From a virus, in IMG/VR virus record IMGVR_UViG_3300045988_078625: a stretch of 64,000 bases of DNA, one strand, 5' to 3'. Under the pieces are notes generated by a model. It was not told the origin of the DNA. It saw nothing but the letters and a program-made list of their open reading frames with translations, and did no database searches. The translations under genes and the position numbers were made by a program. This document shows, piece after piece, positions 33,048 through 42,029 of the stretch. Every line of letters starts with the position of its first letter. The first letter of the stretch is position 1.

Positions 33048-33132
33048 GGAGGTATGGGTGAGTGGCTTAAACCACCGTCCTGCTAAGACGGAGGGCCTTC
33101 GGGTCCCGCTGGTTCAAATCCAGCTGCCTCCG
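33048..33132 (+). tRNA. tRNA-Ser(GCT)
   Basis: Anticodon arm CCGTC-CTGCTAA-GACGG, with a long variable arm. Confidence 0.7.
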
Positions 33133-33149
33133 CTTAAATAAACATTGTT

Positions 33150-33389
33150 ATGGAAGAGAAGATTAGAATATTTGCATCACTACATAAGCCATTCATGGAT
33201 ATGTTACTGCATGATACATGGCTTACGGAAGAACCCATTTCCTTAGAAGAGACAAAAGCATGTTGGATGTGGGCTGGAGAGATAGGAGAGGAAGTTGTTT
33301 CTGTAGAAGACTTTGAAACTGTATTTAAGTTTTCTTTACAAGATTTAACTAACTGGTGGAACAAAAATGTATTAGATTTGAGTATCTAA
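33150..33389 (+). CDS. Hypothetical protein
   Basis: ORF in the track. Confidence 0.4.
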   Translation: MEEKIRIFASLHKPFMDMLLHDTWLTEEPISLEETKACWMWAGEIGEEVVSVEDFETVFKFSLQDLTNWWNKNVLDLSI

Positions 33390-33395
33390 TTACAT

Positions 33396-33472
33396 GGGAC
33401 GATAGCTCAGTTGGTAGAGCGCTGGACTGAAAATCCAGGACGATAGCGGCAGTTCGATCCTGCCTCGTCCCA
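33396..33472 (+). tRNA. tRNA-Phe(GAA) with an unusual 9-nt variable loop
   Basis: Anticodon arm CTGGA-CTGAAAA-TCCAG, with the variable loop reading GACGATAGC. Confidence 0.55.
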
Positions 33473-33536
33473 CATATTGTGTGTTTTTCATGGTAAATGT
33501 GGACTTAATGGTTCGTGAGAATAGTTAAGTTAGTAT

Positions 33537-33608
33537 TGGGCTATGGTGTAATGGTTAGCACTACAGATTTTGATTCTGTCAGTCTAGGTTCGAATCCTAG
33601 TAGCCCAA
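33537..33608 (+). tRNA. tRNA-Gln(TTG)
   Basis: Anticodon arm ACAGA-TTTTGAT-TCTGT. This is the structural template from which the suppressor tRNAs appear to derive. Confidence 0.7.
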
Positions 33609-33721
33609 CTAAATACAGTCGTTGAGGAGACTCGACCTTGCGTACTTAGAGTCGGTAAAGTCAGCTGAATAAATCCGATGCGGTACTATCCACGAATAAT
33701 CGAACAGGCGTCTACAGAATA

Positions 33722-33928
33722 GTGGAAGCGAGAGCGCAGAAAGGCTGTATTTTAACAATAAATATTATGGATAAAGAGAACTATAGAAAGGTAATTAAAA
33801 TCTGTGAGAAAGGCAGATGTAAAGTGAGAGAAAATTCATTTGGAGTTTGTTGGTGTGTAAGATGTGGTAAGTTACATTTTGATGCTCCAGCTAAATTAAA
33901 ATCTGAAGAACAAATTGTAGTGAAATGA
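33722..33928 (+). CDS. Zinc-ribbon protein
   Basis: Contains CEKGRC...CWCVRCGK. Confidence 0.4.
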   Translation: MEARAQKGCILTINIMDKENYRKVIKICEKGRCKVRENSFGVCWCVRCGKLHFDAPAKLKSEEQIVVK

Positions 33929-34134
33929 AAGTAATAATTAATGGCTGTTTACTTACAGAATTACTAAAGAACTTCCAAACTTCTCTAGATAATATGAGAG
34001 TTATTGGAGAAACATATTCTGAGAAGGACATGGAGAAACTAATCCAAGAGTTCGCTAGGTTCAATATAAAGCCTGACGATATCATTGGTAAAACTGTAAT
34101 ATTTAAGTGTAAATCAATAAGTGCTTATGCTTAA
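33925..34134 (+). CDS. Hypothetical protein
   Basis: ORF in the track. Confidence 0.4.
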   Translation: MKVIINGCLLTELLKNFQTSLDNMRVIGETYSEKDMEKLIQEFARFNIKPDDIIGKTVIFKCKSISAYA

Positions 34135-34399
34135 CGTAACTTCTTTTAATATTGGAGATATTACAAGTAAAGTATCTCTTAATGCACCTAGTACTGGAAT
34201 AATTCAGAGGTCTCATCCTAGAAGTAATTTTGTTAGATTTCATGCTAGGTCTCCAATGTCTGAGTGTGTACTCTCTGATTCTCCTAGGCTAACTAAAAAC
34301 TCTACACGTAAACTTGTAGTACTACAAATAATGGTATTCGGAAATGATGAATTATTAGTAGAATACGTTTATGAAGAGGATTTATTAGAAAGAGAATAA
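34121..34399 (+). CDS. Hypothetical protein
   Basis: ORF in the track. Confidence 0.4.
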   Translation: MLMLNVTSFNIGDITSKVSLNAPSTGIIQRSHPRSNFVRFHARSPMSECVLSDSPRLTKNSTRKLVVLQIMVFGNDELLVEYVYEEDLLERE

Positions 34400-34411
34400 G
34401 AAATCTATTTA

Positions 34412-34485
34412 GGGCCTGTAGCTCAGTCGGTTAGAGCAGGACACTCATAATGTCAAGGTCGTCGGTTCAATCCCGGCCAGGCCCA
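34412..34485 (+). tRNA. tRNA with anticodon CAT, either elongator Met or the lysidine-modified Ile2
   Basis: Anticodon loop CTCATAA and T-arm GTCGG-TTCAATC-CCGGC. Confidence 0.6.
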
Positions 34486-34505
34486 CTAACTAAAATGTAG
34501 AAAAT

Positions 34506-34928
34506 ATGAAATATCAGTATTTTGGATTATTTCTTTCTGAGAAAGATAGAAATGCACTTTTGAGAGTTATCATTGATAACCCTATTGTATCTAATTTGGT
34601 GTTCCAAAGAGGGAGTACTCTGTATCTAGACCATTGTACCTTGCTTCATAGTAGTCAAGGTGATGAAGAGATATTTGAAGCCTTAAGAGGATATATTAGA
34701 AGAGGCCCATTTGAAATGCATCGTATAACAATTGACGGAATTGGCTTTTCTGATAAAGCTATAGCTTTCAGAGTTACTATTGGAGATCCACAGTTACCTT
34801 GTGCAAATGCCAACCCTCATATTACTGTTTGCACTATTAAGGGAGGAAAGCCAGTAGACAGTAATAGTATTGTAACCTGGATTCCTATTGCAGGGTTTGA
34901 TGTATACGGGCAACTTAAAATGGTATGA
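34506..34928 (+). CDS. 2H phosphoesterase of the LigT/CPDase-like family
   Basis: Carries two H-x-T-x motifs, DHCTL and PHITV. Confidence 0.55.
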   Translation: MKYQYFGLFLSEKDRNALLRVIIDNPIVSNLVFQRGSTLYLDHCTLLHSSQGDEEIFEALRGYIRRGPFEMHRITIDGIGFSDKAIAFRVTIGDPQLPCANANPHITVCTIKGGKPVDSNSIVTWIPIAGFDVYGQLKMV

Positions 34929-34929
34929 T

Positions 34930-35388
34930 ATGTGGAATGAAAATCCTATGAAAGTATATGCTAAGAAGCATCCCGGCTGTTCATTGCAGGAATATTGTGA
35001 TTACCTAGACAGAGAAGAACAGGAAAGAAGAGATACTAAAAGGAGGGAAGAGGAAAAAAGAGAAGAGCTGTTTAAAAGCTACGTAGGGAAGTGTTTTAGA
35101 ATTAACTTCAATAATTACTCTTTTATGTACTTCCAACTAACAAAAGAGTTTGGCAACTCTTGTATGGTAAACGAAGATTGCTATGAGGTCTATATTGACT
35201 CCAAAGAAACCAGAATTACTTACTCTAAACAGAGAATGCTAAACATAGCCTGGTTTCCTGGTAATATGTTATATGACAGATCAGTAATTGACTGTAGTAT
35301 AATACCTGATGAGGCATTTGAGAAAATACGTAATTATTATAGAGAAATGGTTAATATAGCTCCTAAGATAAAGAATATAGAACTATAA
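34930..35388 (+). CDS. Hypothetical protein
   Basis: ORF 34888..35388 with the start trimmed to the Met just after the upstream stop. Confidence 0.4.
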   Translation: MWNENPMKVYAKKHPGCSLQEYCDYLDREEQERRDTKRREEEKREELFKSYVGKCFRINFNNYSFMYFQLTKEFGNSCMVNEDCYEVYIDSKETRITYSKQRMLNIAWFPGNMLYDRSVIDCSIIPDEAFEKIRNYYREMVNIAPKIKNIEL

Positions 35389-35393
35389 CTGTT

Positions 35394-35474
35394 GGGGTAG
35401 TGGCGGAATGGTAGACGCGCTAGACTTAGGATCTAGTGCCTTCGGGCGTGTGAGTTCGAGTCTCACCTACCCTA
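35394..35474 (+). tRNA. tRNA-Leu with anticodon UAG (decodes CUA/CUG), long variable arm
   Basis: Anticodon arm CTAGA-CTTAGGA-TCTAG. Confidence 0.65.
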
Positions 35475-35654
35475 CAACCTTTATTTTATTAAAAATATGC
35501 CAGAGTTAAGTGAGATTATTCAAGATTTGGTAGAAAATAGCAATTCCATGAATCAAATTGATTCAAAAACTGCTATACAGTATGTTGTAGAAGCTTATGA
35601 GTCTGGGATGGACAAAGCTCGCAACCTAATTAAAGATAATAATGATTAGTACTA

Positions 35655-37070
35655 ATGACACAGGAAGAATTAGAAGCTAAGCTTACTAGTATTTATCATG
35701 AGTTCGGAAACACTATTCAAGAAAGTGAGACTGATGAACAAGTGATTGAACGTTCCAAGAAGTGGTTCGTAGAGAGACTCTCCAAGGAGACAGACGACGA
35801 AGAAGCTATTGAATCAATAGCTAATCAATTAGTTGGATGCATTAGACAAGCATCTGTATTAAATAACATTTTAGAAGACGAAAAAATGAACAAAGTTTGG
35901 ATGTATTCTGGAAATATCTACAGTCAGGTAAGCCCAGATTACAAGGTAGAGAAGACTCTACCAGTAGGTATTTACAACATTTGCCTAACTAGGAACGGCT
36001 TTCATCTTGAAAGACATACCGACAAGTTTGTATTCCCGTACAAAATGTATGGTTTGCAAGAGGAGTTTATTAACCACGTAATTAAGACTTATCATGCTAC
36101 TTCCGATAACATGGGAATTATGCTGACTGGTACGAAGGGTACTGGAAAGACAGTTACAGCTAAGGAATTGGCGAACAAGTTAAACCTTCCTATCATCATA
36201 GTAAAAGATATGGGAGATGCTAATCAAAGCATGATTGAATTTCTTTCAAGTATCGAAAATGACTGTATCCTATTCTTGGATGAGTTTGAGAAGAACTTCA
36301 ATGAGTCTGACTCCACTATTCTCCAAATTATGGATGGAGTATATAATTCCGGTTATCGCAAGGTATTCTTGCTGACTACGAACGAAATGACCGTTAACGA
36401 TAACATGATTGGACGCCCGTCTCGCATTCGTTATGTCAAGGAGTTTGGAAATCTCGACCTGAAGATTGTGAATGAATACTTAGACGATGTTCTACAAGTT
36501 CCAGAAGCACGTCAAGATTTGCTCGACTTCATTGATTCTTTAACTATATCTACCATTGATATTCTTAAGACAATAGTTAATGAAGTAAACATTCACGGAA
36601 TTGAAGGTTTAAGAAGAGCAAAAGGATTCTTCAATGTGGTAACTAATGAGTATGAATACTCCTGCATTAGAGGATATGCATATTCCTACGAAGTTACATC
36701 TGACAAAAACAAGTTCTCTGTAAAAGAGTTCTCTAAAGCTGTTGAAAGATTTAACAATCCCTTGCCTAAGCCTATGGTTAAAGATGAGGATAACTGCACA
36801 GCCGAGGAGAGAAAAGCTCTTAACGAGTATTATGAATATCGTCAGCATAACTTCCACAATCTATCTTATAACTATGTGTCCTCATATGTCAAGTTCTCAA
36901 GCTTGAAAGTAGGAGACGATTTTCATGGGGATGAAGTTATCTCTATTGACAAGAAATTGGGGATTGTGGTTACTAGGGACGATAACGTTATTAACTACTA
37001 CTGGGTTAGAGACCCTAACAGTAAACCTTCTTTGTATCGTAGAGGTAGTTATAATCCTCTAGTGTTTTAA
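35655..37070 (+). CDS. AAA+ ATPase
   Basis: Walker A motif GTKGTGKT and Walker B motif ILFLDEFE. Confidence 0.6.
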   Translation: MTQEELEAKLTSIYHEFGNTIQESETDEQVIERSKKWFVERLSKETDDEEAIESIANQLVGCIRQASVLNNILEDEKMNKVWMYSGNIYSQVSPDYKVEKTLPVGIYNICLTRNGFHLERHTDKFVFPYKMYGLQEEFINHVIKTYHATSDNMGIMLTGTKGTGKTVTAKELANKLNLPIIIVKDMGDANQSMIEFLSSIENDCILFLDEFEKNFNESDSTILQIMDGVYNSGYRKVFLLTTNEMTVNDNMIGRPSRIRYVKEFGNLDLKIVNEYLDDVLQVPEARQDLLDFIDSLTISTIDILKTIVNEVNIHGIEGLRRAKGFFNVVTNEYEYSCIRGYAYSYEVTSDKNKFSVKEFSKAVERFNNPLPKPMVKDEDNCTAEERKALNEYYEYRQHNFHNLSYNYVSSYVKFSSLKVGDDFHGDEVISIDKKLGIVVTRDDNVINYYWVRDPNSKPSLYRRGSYNPLVF

Positions 37071-37095
37071 GAATTGGGAGCTAGTCTCCCATTAC

Positions 37096-37169
37096 GTCTA
37101 GATGCCCGAGCGGTCTAAGGGAACGGTCTGCAAAACCGTGTTTCGTGGGTTCGAATCCCACTCTAGATT
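37096..37169 (+). tRNA. tRNA-Cys(GCA)
   Basis: Anticodon arm ACGGT-CTGCAAA-ACCGT with U73 as the discriminator base. Confidence 0.6.
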
Positions 37170-37184
37170 CTACACCAATTTTAT

Positions 37185-37535
37185 TTGCTTATGGATAGAA
37201 AATTGAGAAGAGAACTTTCTAAAAGAAAGTGGGTTTCTAGGGCTAAAAAGGTCTATGATTCTTGTGGACGATTCTATATTCCTGTTAATGGAATTAAAGC
37301 TACTGTAAAATACAATGTTCCTATTTTTAGGAATAAAGCATTAAGAGTTTGTGAATCAATTACAGATTTTCTAGATGGTTCTAAGTATGCTAAAATGCTA
37401 AAAAACTGTACTTCTCCTTATAGAAGTAAAATGACGCAATACGAATACAAAAAAGAGAATAGAAAAGATCGCAGAAATGCGAGAAAACAAATAATAGATG
37501 GGATTCAAGAATATGAAGAGAGATATACTGATTAA
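37185..37535 (+). CDS. Highly basic small protein
   Basis: ORF in the track. Confidence 0.4.
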   Translation: MLMDRKLRRELSKRKWVSRAKKVYDSCGRFYIPVNGIKATVKYNVPIFRNKALRVCESITDFLDGSKYAKMLKNCTSPYRSKMTQYEYKKENRKDRRNARKQIIDGIQEYEERYTD

Positions 37536-37899
37536 TGTACTGACTATAAATAAAATCTATGTTCGTCCAGCCCATAGAGATGAAGACTGGAATTATTACC
37601 ATGAAGTATACGACAAGAAAGTCGGATTTCTTTGGTGGAGACGTAGTAAGCATATAGACAGAGAATACTGGATGACTCCATGGTCATTTGATGACCATAA
37701 ATACAGTATAAGTGAAATAGAGAAGGCTCTAGAGAGTTATAATTTCCTTAAAGATAAGGAAGTTTACGTGAAGGCTTCTGTGAAGATTACCTTCTCTAAG
37801 AAGGATGCGGAGTATATTTACTTCGATTCTGACCAGGACATGAGAGACTGGGTTGATGGCTTTATTAGTAAATATGGAAAAAACTATATTTCTATATAA
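37498..37899 (+). CDS. Hypothetical protein
   Basis: ORF in the track. Confidence 0.4.
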   Translation: MGFKNMKRDILINVLTINKIYVRPAHRDEDWNYYHEVYDKKVGFLWWRRSKHIDREYWMTPWSFDDHKYSISEIEKALESYNFLKDKEVYVKASVKITFSKKDAEYIYFDSDQDMRDWVDGFISKYGKNYISI

Positions 37900-38002
37900 C
37901 TTTTGTTCGTTTTAAGGTGAAGAATAGTAACTGGTTTAAAAATGAAATGACTGACAGGGAATAGCACTGTAATTAACATAGTTTAACTTTGAATCTCTGA
38001 CT

Positions 38003-38347
38003 ATGCAGAGTATTATTATGGCAGAATTGATTTTCTTAGCTAATGGAAGATGTGACTTGAAAATGCACGCACCTATCAAAAACTTCAAAAGAGTTGAGGT
38101 AGTAAAGCACAAAAGAAACTTCTTCAAGGTGTTCGTTGATCGCAACGACAGCGTTTATGACGTGAAGCGTTGCACAGTTATTACATGGAAGACTGTAGAC
38201 AACGGTAAAAGAAAATTGAATGTTCCGGACAAAGTTGAGGAGGTACGCGATGCCAATCTCTTCGACAAAATCAAGGGAAATCCATTCAAGATCGCACTTA
38301 CTAAAATAATTGGCGAAATTGAGGCCCAAGAATTACTACATTCGTAG
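38003..38347 (+). CDS. Hypothetical protein
   Basis: ORF in the track. Confidence 0.4.
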   Translation: MQSIIMAELIFLANGRCDLKMHAPIKNFKRVEVVKHKRNFFKVFVDRNDSVYDVKRCTVITWKTVDNGKRKLNVPDKVEEVRDANLFDKIKGNPFKIALTKIIGEIEAQELLHS

Positions 38348-38383
38348 TAACGTTTAGGAGAGTATCGTATAACTCTCCGTAAT

Positions 38384-38458
38384 GCAGATGTGGTGTTAAT
38401 GGTTTGAGCACGTCAGACTTCCAATCTGAAGGGGAGAGTTCGAGTCTCTCTATCTGCA
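38384..38458 (+). tRNA. tRNA-Gly(TCC)
   Basis: Anticodon arm TCAGA-CTTCCAA-TCTGA. Confidence 0.65.
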
Positions 38459-38463
38459 CATTT

Positions 38464-38535
38464 GTAGGTATAGCACAATGGTTAGTGTATCGGCTTGCCA
38501 TGCCGAGGATGTGAGTTCGATTCTCATTACCTACT
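38464..38535 (+). tRNA. tRNA-Gly(GCC)
   Basis: Anticodon arm TCGGC-TTGCCAT-GCCGA. Confidence 0.65.
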
Positions 38536-38541
38536 CAATAT

Positions 38542-38622
38542 TCCGATTTAGCTCAGTCTGGTTAGAGCGTCCGCATCCAAAACATCAGCGGGAGGTCAGG
38601 GGTTCAAATCCTTTAATCGGAA
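38542..38622 (+). tRNA. Aberrant tRNA-like sequence that resembles tRNA-Trp with a 6-nt insertion enlarging the anticodon loop to 13 nt
   Basis: The acceptor stem, D-arm and T-arm are canonical. The anticodon region reads TCCGC-ATCCAAAACATCA-GCGGG. Confidence 0.35.
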
Positions 38623-38626
38623 CAAT

Positions 38627-38700
38627 CTCGGTGTACCAGAGTGGTTTAATGGCTAGGACTGCAAATCCTTAGTTCGTCAGTTCGAATCTGACCACCGAGT
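38627..38700 (+). tRNA. tRNA-Cys(GCA)-like, a second copy
   Basis: The anticodon loop is CTGCAAA on a 4-bp stem, the discriminator is U73, and the T-arm is GTCAG-TTCGAAT-CTGAC. Confidence 0.45.
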
Positions 38701-38706
38701 CAATAT

Positions 38707-38786
38707 AGTGGAGTAGAGAAGTTGGTCATCTCGCTAGGCTCATAACCTAGAAATCGTCATAAACGGTTCGAATCCTACCTCCGCAA
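38707..38786 (+). tRNA. Degenerate tRNA-like sequence with a CAT anticodon; the 5' half is canonical and the 3' half is aberrant
   Basis: The D-arm GAGA...TCTC and the anticodon arm CTAGG-CTCATAA-CCTAG are perfect. No proper T-stem can be drawn around GGTTCGAATCC. Confidence 0.3.
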
Positions 38787-39030
38787 CTAAACTCCTTTTG
38801 TGGCTCTGAATTAGATTAATTATTAACAATTTTAAACTTTAATGTTATGAAAAAGGTAATTAATGTTGTGAAGAAAGCTGCTAAGTGGTATTTTGAACAG
38901 AGTTCTAAAAGCTACACATGGTTAGTTTCTGGAACTATCCCACCTCCTTATAGAGGATTTGAGTAAGAAATACTACTAGAGGTAAGTACCAAAGGGGTAC
39001 TTATCTATGTCGTGGAGAGAAATTAACTAT

Positions 39031-39102
39031 TGGGGTATAGTTCAAAGGTCAGAACTTTTGACTGTTAATCAAAGAATCATGGTTCGAGTCCATGTGCCCC
39101 AG
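39031..39102 (+). tRNA. tRNA-Asn(GTT)
   Basis: Anticodon arm TTTGA-CTGTTAA-TCAAA. Confidence 0.65.
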
Positions 39103-39261
39103 CTATTAAAAAGTAATATTATGAATAAGAGAGAAGTTATGTTCTGCTAGATTCACGGAGAAACTGAATTTGCAGAGCGAAAAGATGGTAATAGAACCAA
39201 ATGGAAATGTCTTAAATGTGAAGCAGAGGCAGTATAGAGAAGAAGAGATAAAGTAAAACTT

Positions 39262-39543
39262 ATGTCTATTGCTTACAAAGGTGGAAAGTGTCAATGTTGT
39301 GGATATAACAAATATGTTGGGGCTTTGGAGTTTCACCATATTAATTCAGAAGAAAAGGACTTCGGAATATCCGCAAAGGGTTATACACGTTCATGGAAAC
39401 GTGTTAAAGAGGAATTGGACAAATGTATACTAGTCTGCGCCAATTGCCATAGAGAAATTCACGGAAATATTATTCCATGTCCTACTGAATGTATTAGTGA
39501 TGAAACTGCCGCATTAGAAATTTCTAAACAGGCTGAGAAATAA
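39262..39543 (+). CDS. HNH homing endonuclease
   Basis: Contains CQCCGY...LEFHHIN...CILVCANCHREIH. Confidence 0.6.
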   Translation: MSIAYKGGKCQCCGYNKYVGALEFHHINSEEKDFGISAKGYTRSWKRVKEELDKCILVCANCHREIHGNIIPCPTECISDETAALEISKQAEK

Positions 39544-39694
39544 AGAGCTTTTTGCTGAATCCTCCTAGTAATATTAATCCAGCAAATTCCAAGTTGATGT
39601 GAGGAAGAGAGTAACTTGGACGGTAGCTAGCACTGTAGTACGCAATGGTGGGATAGAAACGGCTAGCACCCACTTTAACTTTTAATATTAGATT

Positions 39695-39904
39695 ATGCAT
39701 CAATGTGATTATTGTTGTTGGTATTACAACGGAAGTTGTGATTGTCCATATGTAATGAAGAAACGCTCGTGCGAGAAAGCCTTAGAAGCTCAAAGTAAAG
39801 ATTGTTCTGGCGACCCTTTTTATTCGTGGAATAGAGATAATAAAAGAGCAAGGGAACAGGAGCAGATAAATGCCTATAGGGCTGAACATGGGCATGGATG
39901 GTGA
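39695..39904 (+). CDS. Cys-rich small protein
   Basis: ORF in the track. Confidence 0.3.
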   Translation: MHQCDYCCWYYNGSCDCPYVMKKRSCEKALEAQSKDCSGDPFYSWNRDNKRAREQEQINAYRAEHGHGW

Positions 39905-40107
39905 TCCTTGCTAAATCAAAACCACTATAATGAAAATATCCTAACCTGGCAAGGTAAAAATCCGTTCGAGGTTTAAGTTGAAGCCAGCCCTTGCGTAACA
40001 GTCCCATAGACTGTGGTATAAAAACTTATCTGGTATTGTTAAGTTGCGGAATCTTAACAGTGGAAATTTTGTAAAGGTTTTGACCAACTAAAAATAAAAC
40101 TGATGTT

Positions 40108-40181
40108 AGTTCCTTAGCTCAGTTGGATAGAGTATCTAACTACGAATTAGAGGGTCATGTGTTCGAATCACATAGGAACTA
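40108..40181 (+). tRNA. tRNA-Arg(ACG)
   Basis: Anticodon arm TCTAA-CTACGAA-TTAGA. Confidence 0.65.
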
Positions 40182-40196
40182 CTAAAATTAACTATT

Positions 40197-40496
40197 ATGA
40201 TTGGATTTGTAGAATATTTGATTAGTAAAGGTTATAAACCTTATCGTAAGGTAATGACTAAGAAAGGATCTTCTTACATAGAAGATAACAACATTGGATT
40301 TTACTCCTCTATGTCTGAACATATAGACCTTCGTCTTATTAAAGGCAATGTGGAAATTGTGTATGGGCTACACGAACGAGGACATTCTCCTACTCTCATC
40401 TATCCTAGACCTGAGGGTGTAGTTAGTGATGCTGACATGGATAGAGTCTTTTTAAGTTCTTCCTTTGAAGAAATCCTTAATATGATACAAAAATAA
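40197..40496 (+). CDS. Hypothetical protein
   Basis: ORF in the track. Confidence 0.45.
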   Translation: MIGFVEYLISKGYKPYRKVMTKKGSSYIEDNNIGFYSSMSEHIDLRLIKGNVEIVYGLHERGHSPTLIYPRPEGVVSDADMDRVFLSSSFEEILNMIQK

Positions 40497-40502
40497 GTGA
40501 AT

Positions 40503-40575
40503 GGGCCGTTAGCTCAAATGGCTAGAGCGCTGGTTTTGCACACCGGAAGATAGGGTTCGAGTCCCTGCGTGTCCA
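40503..40575 (+). tRNA. tRNA-like sequence with a TGC (Ala-type) anticodon loop but a badly mismatched acceptor stem
   Basis: The D-arm and T-arm are canonical, while the 5' acceptor GGGCCGT is set against a 3' strand of CGTGTCC. Confidence 0.3.
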
Positions 40576-40582
40576 CATTTAT

Positions 40583-40656
40583 TGCGAGATGATAGCAGTT
40601 GGTAGCTAGTCAGGCTCATAACCTGAAGGTCGTCGGTTCGAGTCCGACTCTCGCAA
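40583..40656 (+). tRNA. tRNA with anticodon CAT (Met, fMet or Ile2)
   Basis: Anticodon arm TCAGG-CTCATAA-CCTGA and acceptor stem TGCGAGA/TCTCGCA. Confidence 0.6.
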
Positions 40657-40686
40657 CTTAAGTTTATTAACTATAAAAATTAGATC

Positions 40687-41007
40687 ATGAATTACAAAAA
40701 TCTTACAAAAGAAGCTCTTCCGAAAGAATTTCAGGAGAGAATTGAGCGTTTTAATCGCTTATTCAGTGAAGCTGGTGACGGCACATTTGAGGAGAATGAA
40801 TTGTTCGGTTATGAGATGGCTTGTATAAAGCAGGCTTTATCGTTTGCCGAATACTTCAAGGAAATGAGCTTGGAAGAGTGCGAAGAATTTTATAGAAAAT
40901 TCCCTAGCCTGTTCGAATTGATTGAAGAAATCAAAAAAATAAGCTTCCCTACTATGACAAAGGACATAGTGGAAATTCTATTTGGAGACCAAAGGTTATC
41001 ACGATAA
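40687..41007 (+). CDS. Hypothetical protein
   Basis: ORF in the track. Confidence 0.45.
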   Translation: MNYKNLTKEALPKEFQERIERFNRLFSEAGDGTFEENELFGYEMACIKQALSFAEYFKEMSLEECEEFYRKFPSLFELIEEIKKISFPTMTKDIVEILFGDQRLSR

Positions 41008-41164
41008 TCGTTCCGATGTTCGATAATGGAATGCTTATTACTGACAATTACCATATCCCTATGGACTTTATCATTAACTTTTTACAAGCTAATGGTTGTT
41101 TCGAACAGAAGGATGGTAAGATGTATGTTGTATTAAAGGAAGTAGAATTTAAACCTAATTACTA

Positions 41165-41743
41165 ATGTTATCTATATTATTCTCAGAATTTAAGGAATGG
41201 GGTTGCCCTAATTGTGGATGTGATTCTGTGACTAGTGGTTGTTTCTCTTGTGGAGGAGTCACCTCTGGAACTTGCAGACATTGTAAACTAACATTCGAAA
41301 TAAGAAGTGATAACGGAAAAGGTATAGTGCAATATGGCGCTCATCCAGAGAATCCTTCCGATCCAAATTCGGATTCCGTAATGGAATATGCTCATCGTAT
41401 TGCTCATCCAAGGTCTGGTGTTCCTGCCTGGCATTGGGAACCAAAAGACATTCGTCCAGAGGAGGGAGAATACTGGAGTTCTAGAGGTGTTGGATATGAT
41501 TTATCTGGATTCGTAAAAACTAAAGCTGCCGGTGAGCGTATCTTAGCTATGGTGCATGAAGTTTTGGGAACTGATAAGTGTGAGACTTATTTAGACTATA
41601 GACCTAGTGAACCAACTTGGATTCAATTTAAGTTCCAGCCCAGTGAGTTTGATTTAGAAAAGCTGGATAAGTTATCTAGAGAAGCTAATGGAGTGATTAC
41701 TAAAGAAATGTTAAAGCAGTGTTTATATGGCAAAAGTAGCTAG
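41165..41743 (+). CDS. Zinc-ribbon protein
   Basis: Contains CPNCGC...CFSCGG...CRHC. Confidence 0.45.
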   Translation: MLSILFSEFKEWGCPNCGCDSVTSGCFSCGGVTSGTCRHCKLTFEIRSDNGKGIVQYGAHPENPSDPNSDSVMEYAHRIAHPRSGVPAWHWEPKDIRPEEGEYWSSRGVGYDLSGFVKTKAAGERILAMVHEVLGTDKCETYLDYRPSEPTWIQFKFQPSEFDLEKLDKLSREANGVITKEMLKQCLYGKSS

Positions 41744-41987
41744 TAGTAAGATACAAGTAACAGATCTTAAAAACATGAGAGATGGTGATGTGGCTGAGGT
41801 TATTACTTGGCTCAGCGACGGGTCTTCTTTAGACTCTGGAACTGTAGTCCAAAGATATGGGAATGCCTTAATTGTCATTGGAAAGTGTAGAGGTGAGAGC
41901 TATCCCAATATATTTACCGCTGAAGACTCATGGTTATGTCAGTGCAAAGTTATAATTTTACCACCAGGTTCAACTATAATACTATAA
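41727..41987 (+). CDS. Hypothetical protein
   Basis: ORF in the track. Confidence 0.4.
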   Translation: MAKVASSKIQVTDLKNMRDGDVAEVITWLSDGSSLDSGTVVQRYGNALIVIGKCRGESYPNIFTAEDSWLCQCKVIILPPGSTIIL

Positions 41988-42029
41988 TTTCTTTTCTCCA
42001 GTTTTCTAATCAGAGATAAACTGGAACAT

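Noticed and set aside
39121-39261. An N-terminal extension of the HNH gene that would be read through two TAG codons
   Set aside because: The 93-aa ORF starting at 39262 is already a complete canonical small HNH protein. The extension is kept only as a speculative note in the findings.
38036-40007. Minus-strand ORFs 38036..38329, 38301..38501, 39106..39339 and 39693..40007
   Set aside because: They lie antisense to plus-strand genes or tRNAs, with no supporting features.
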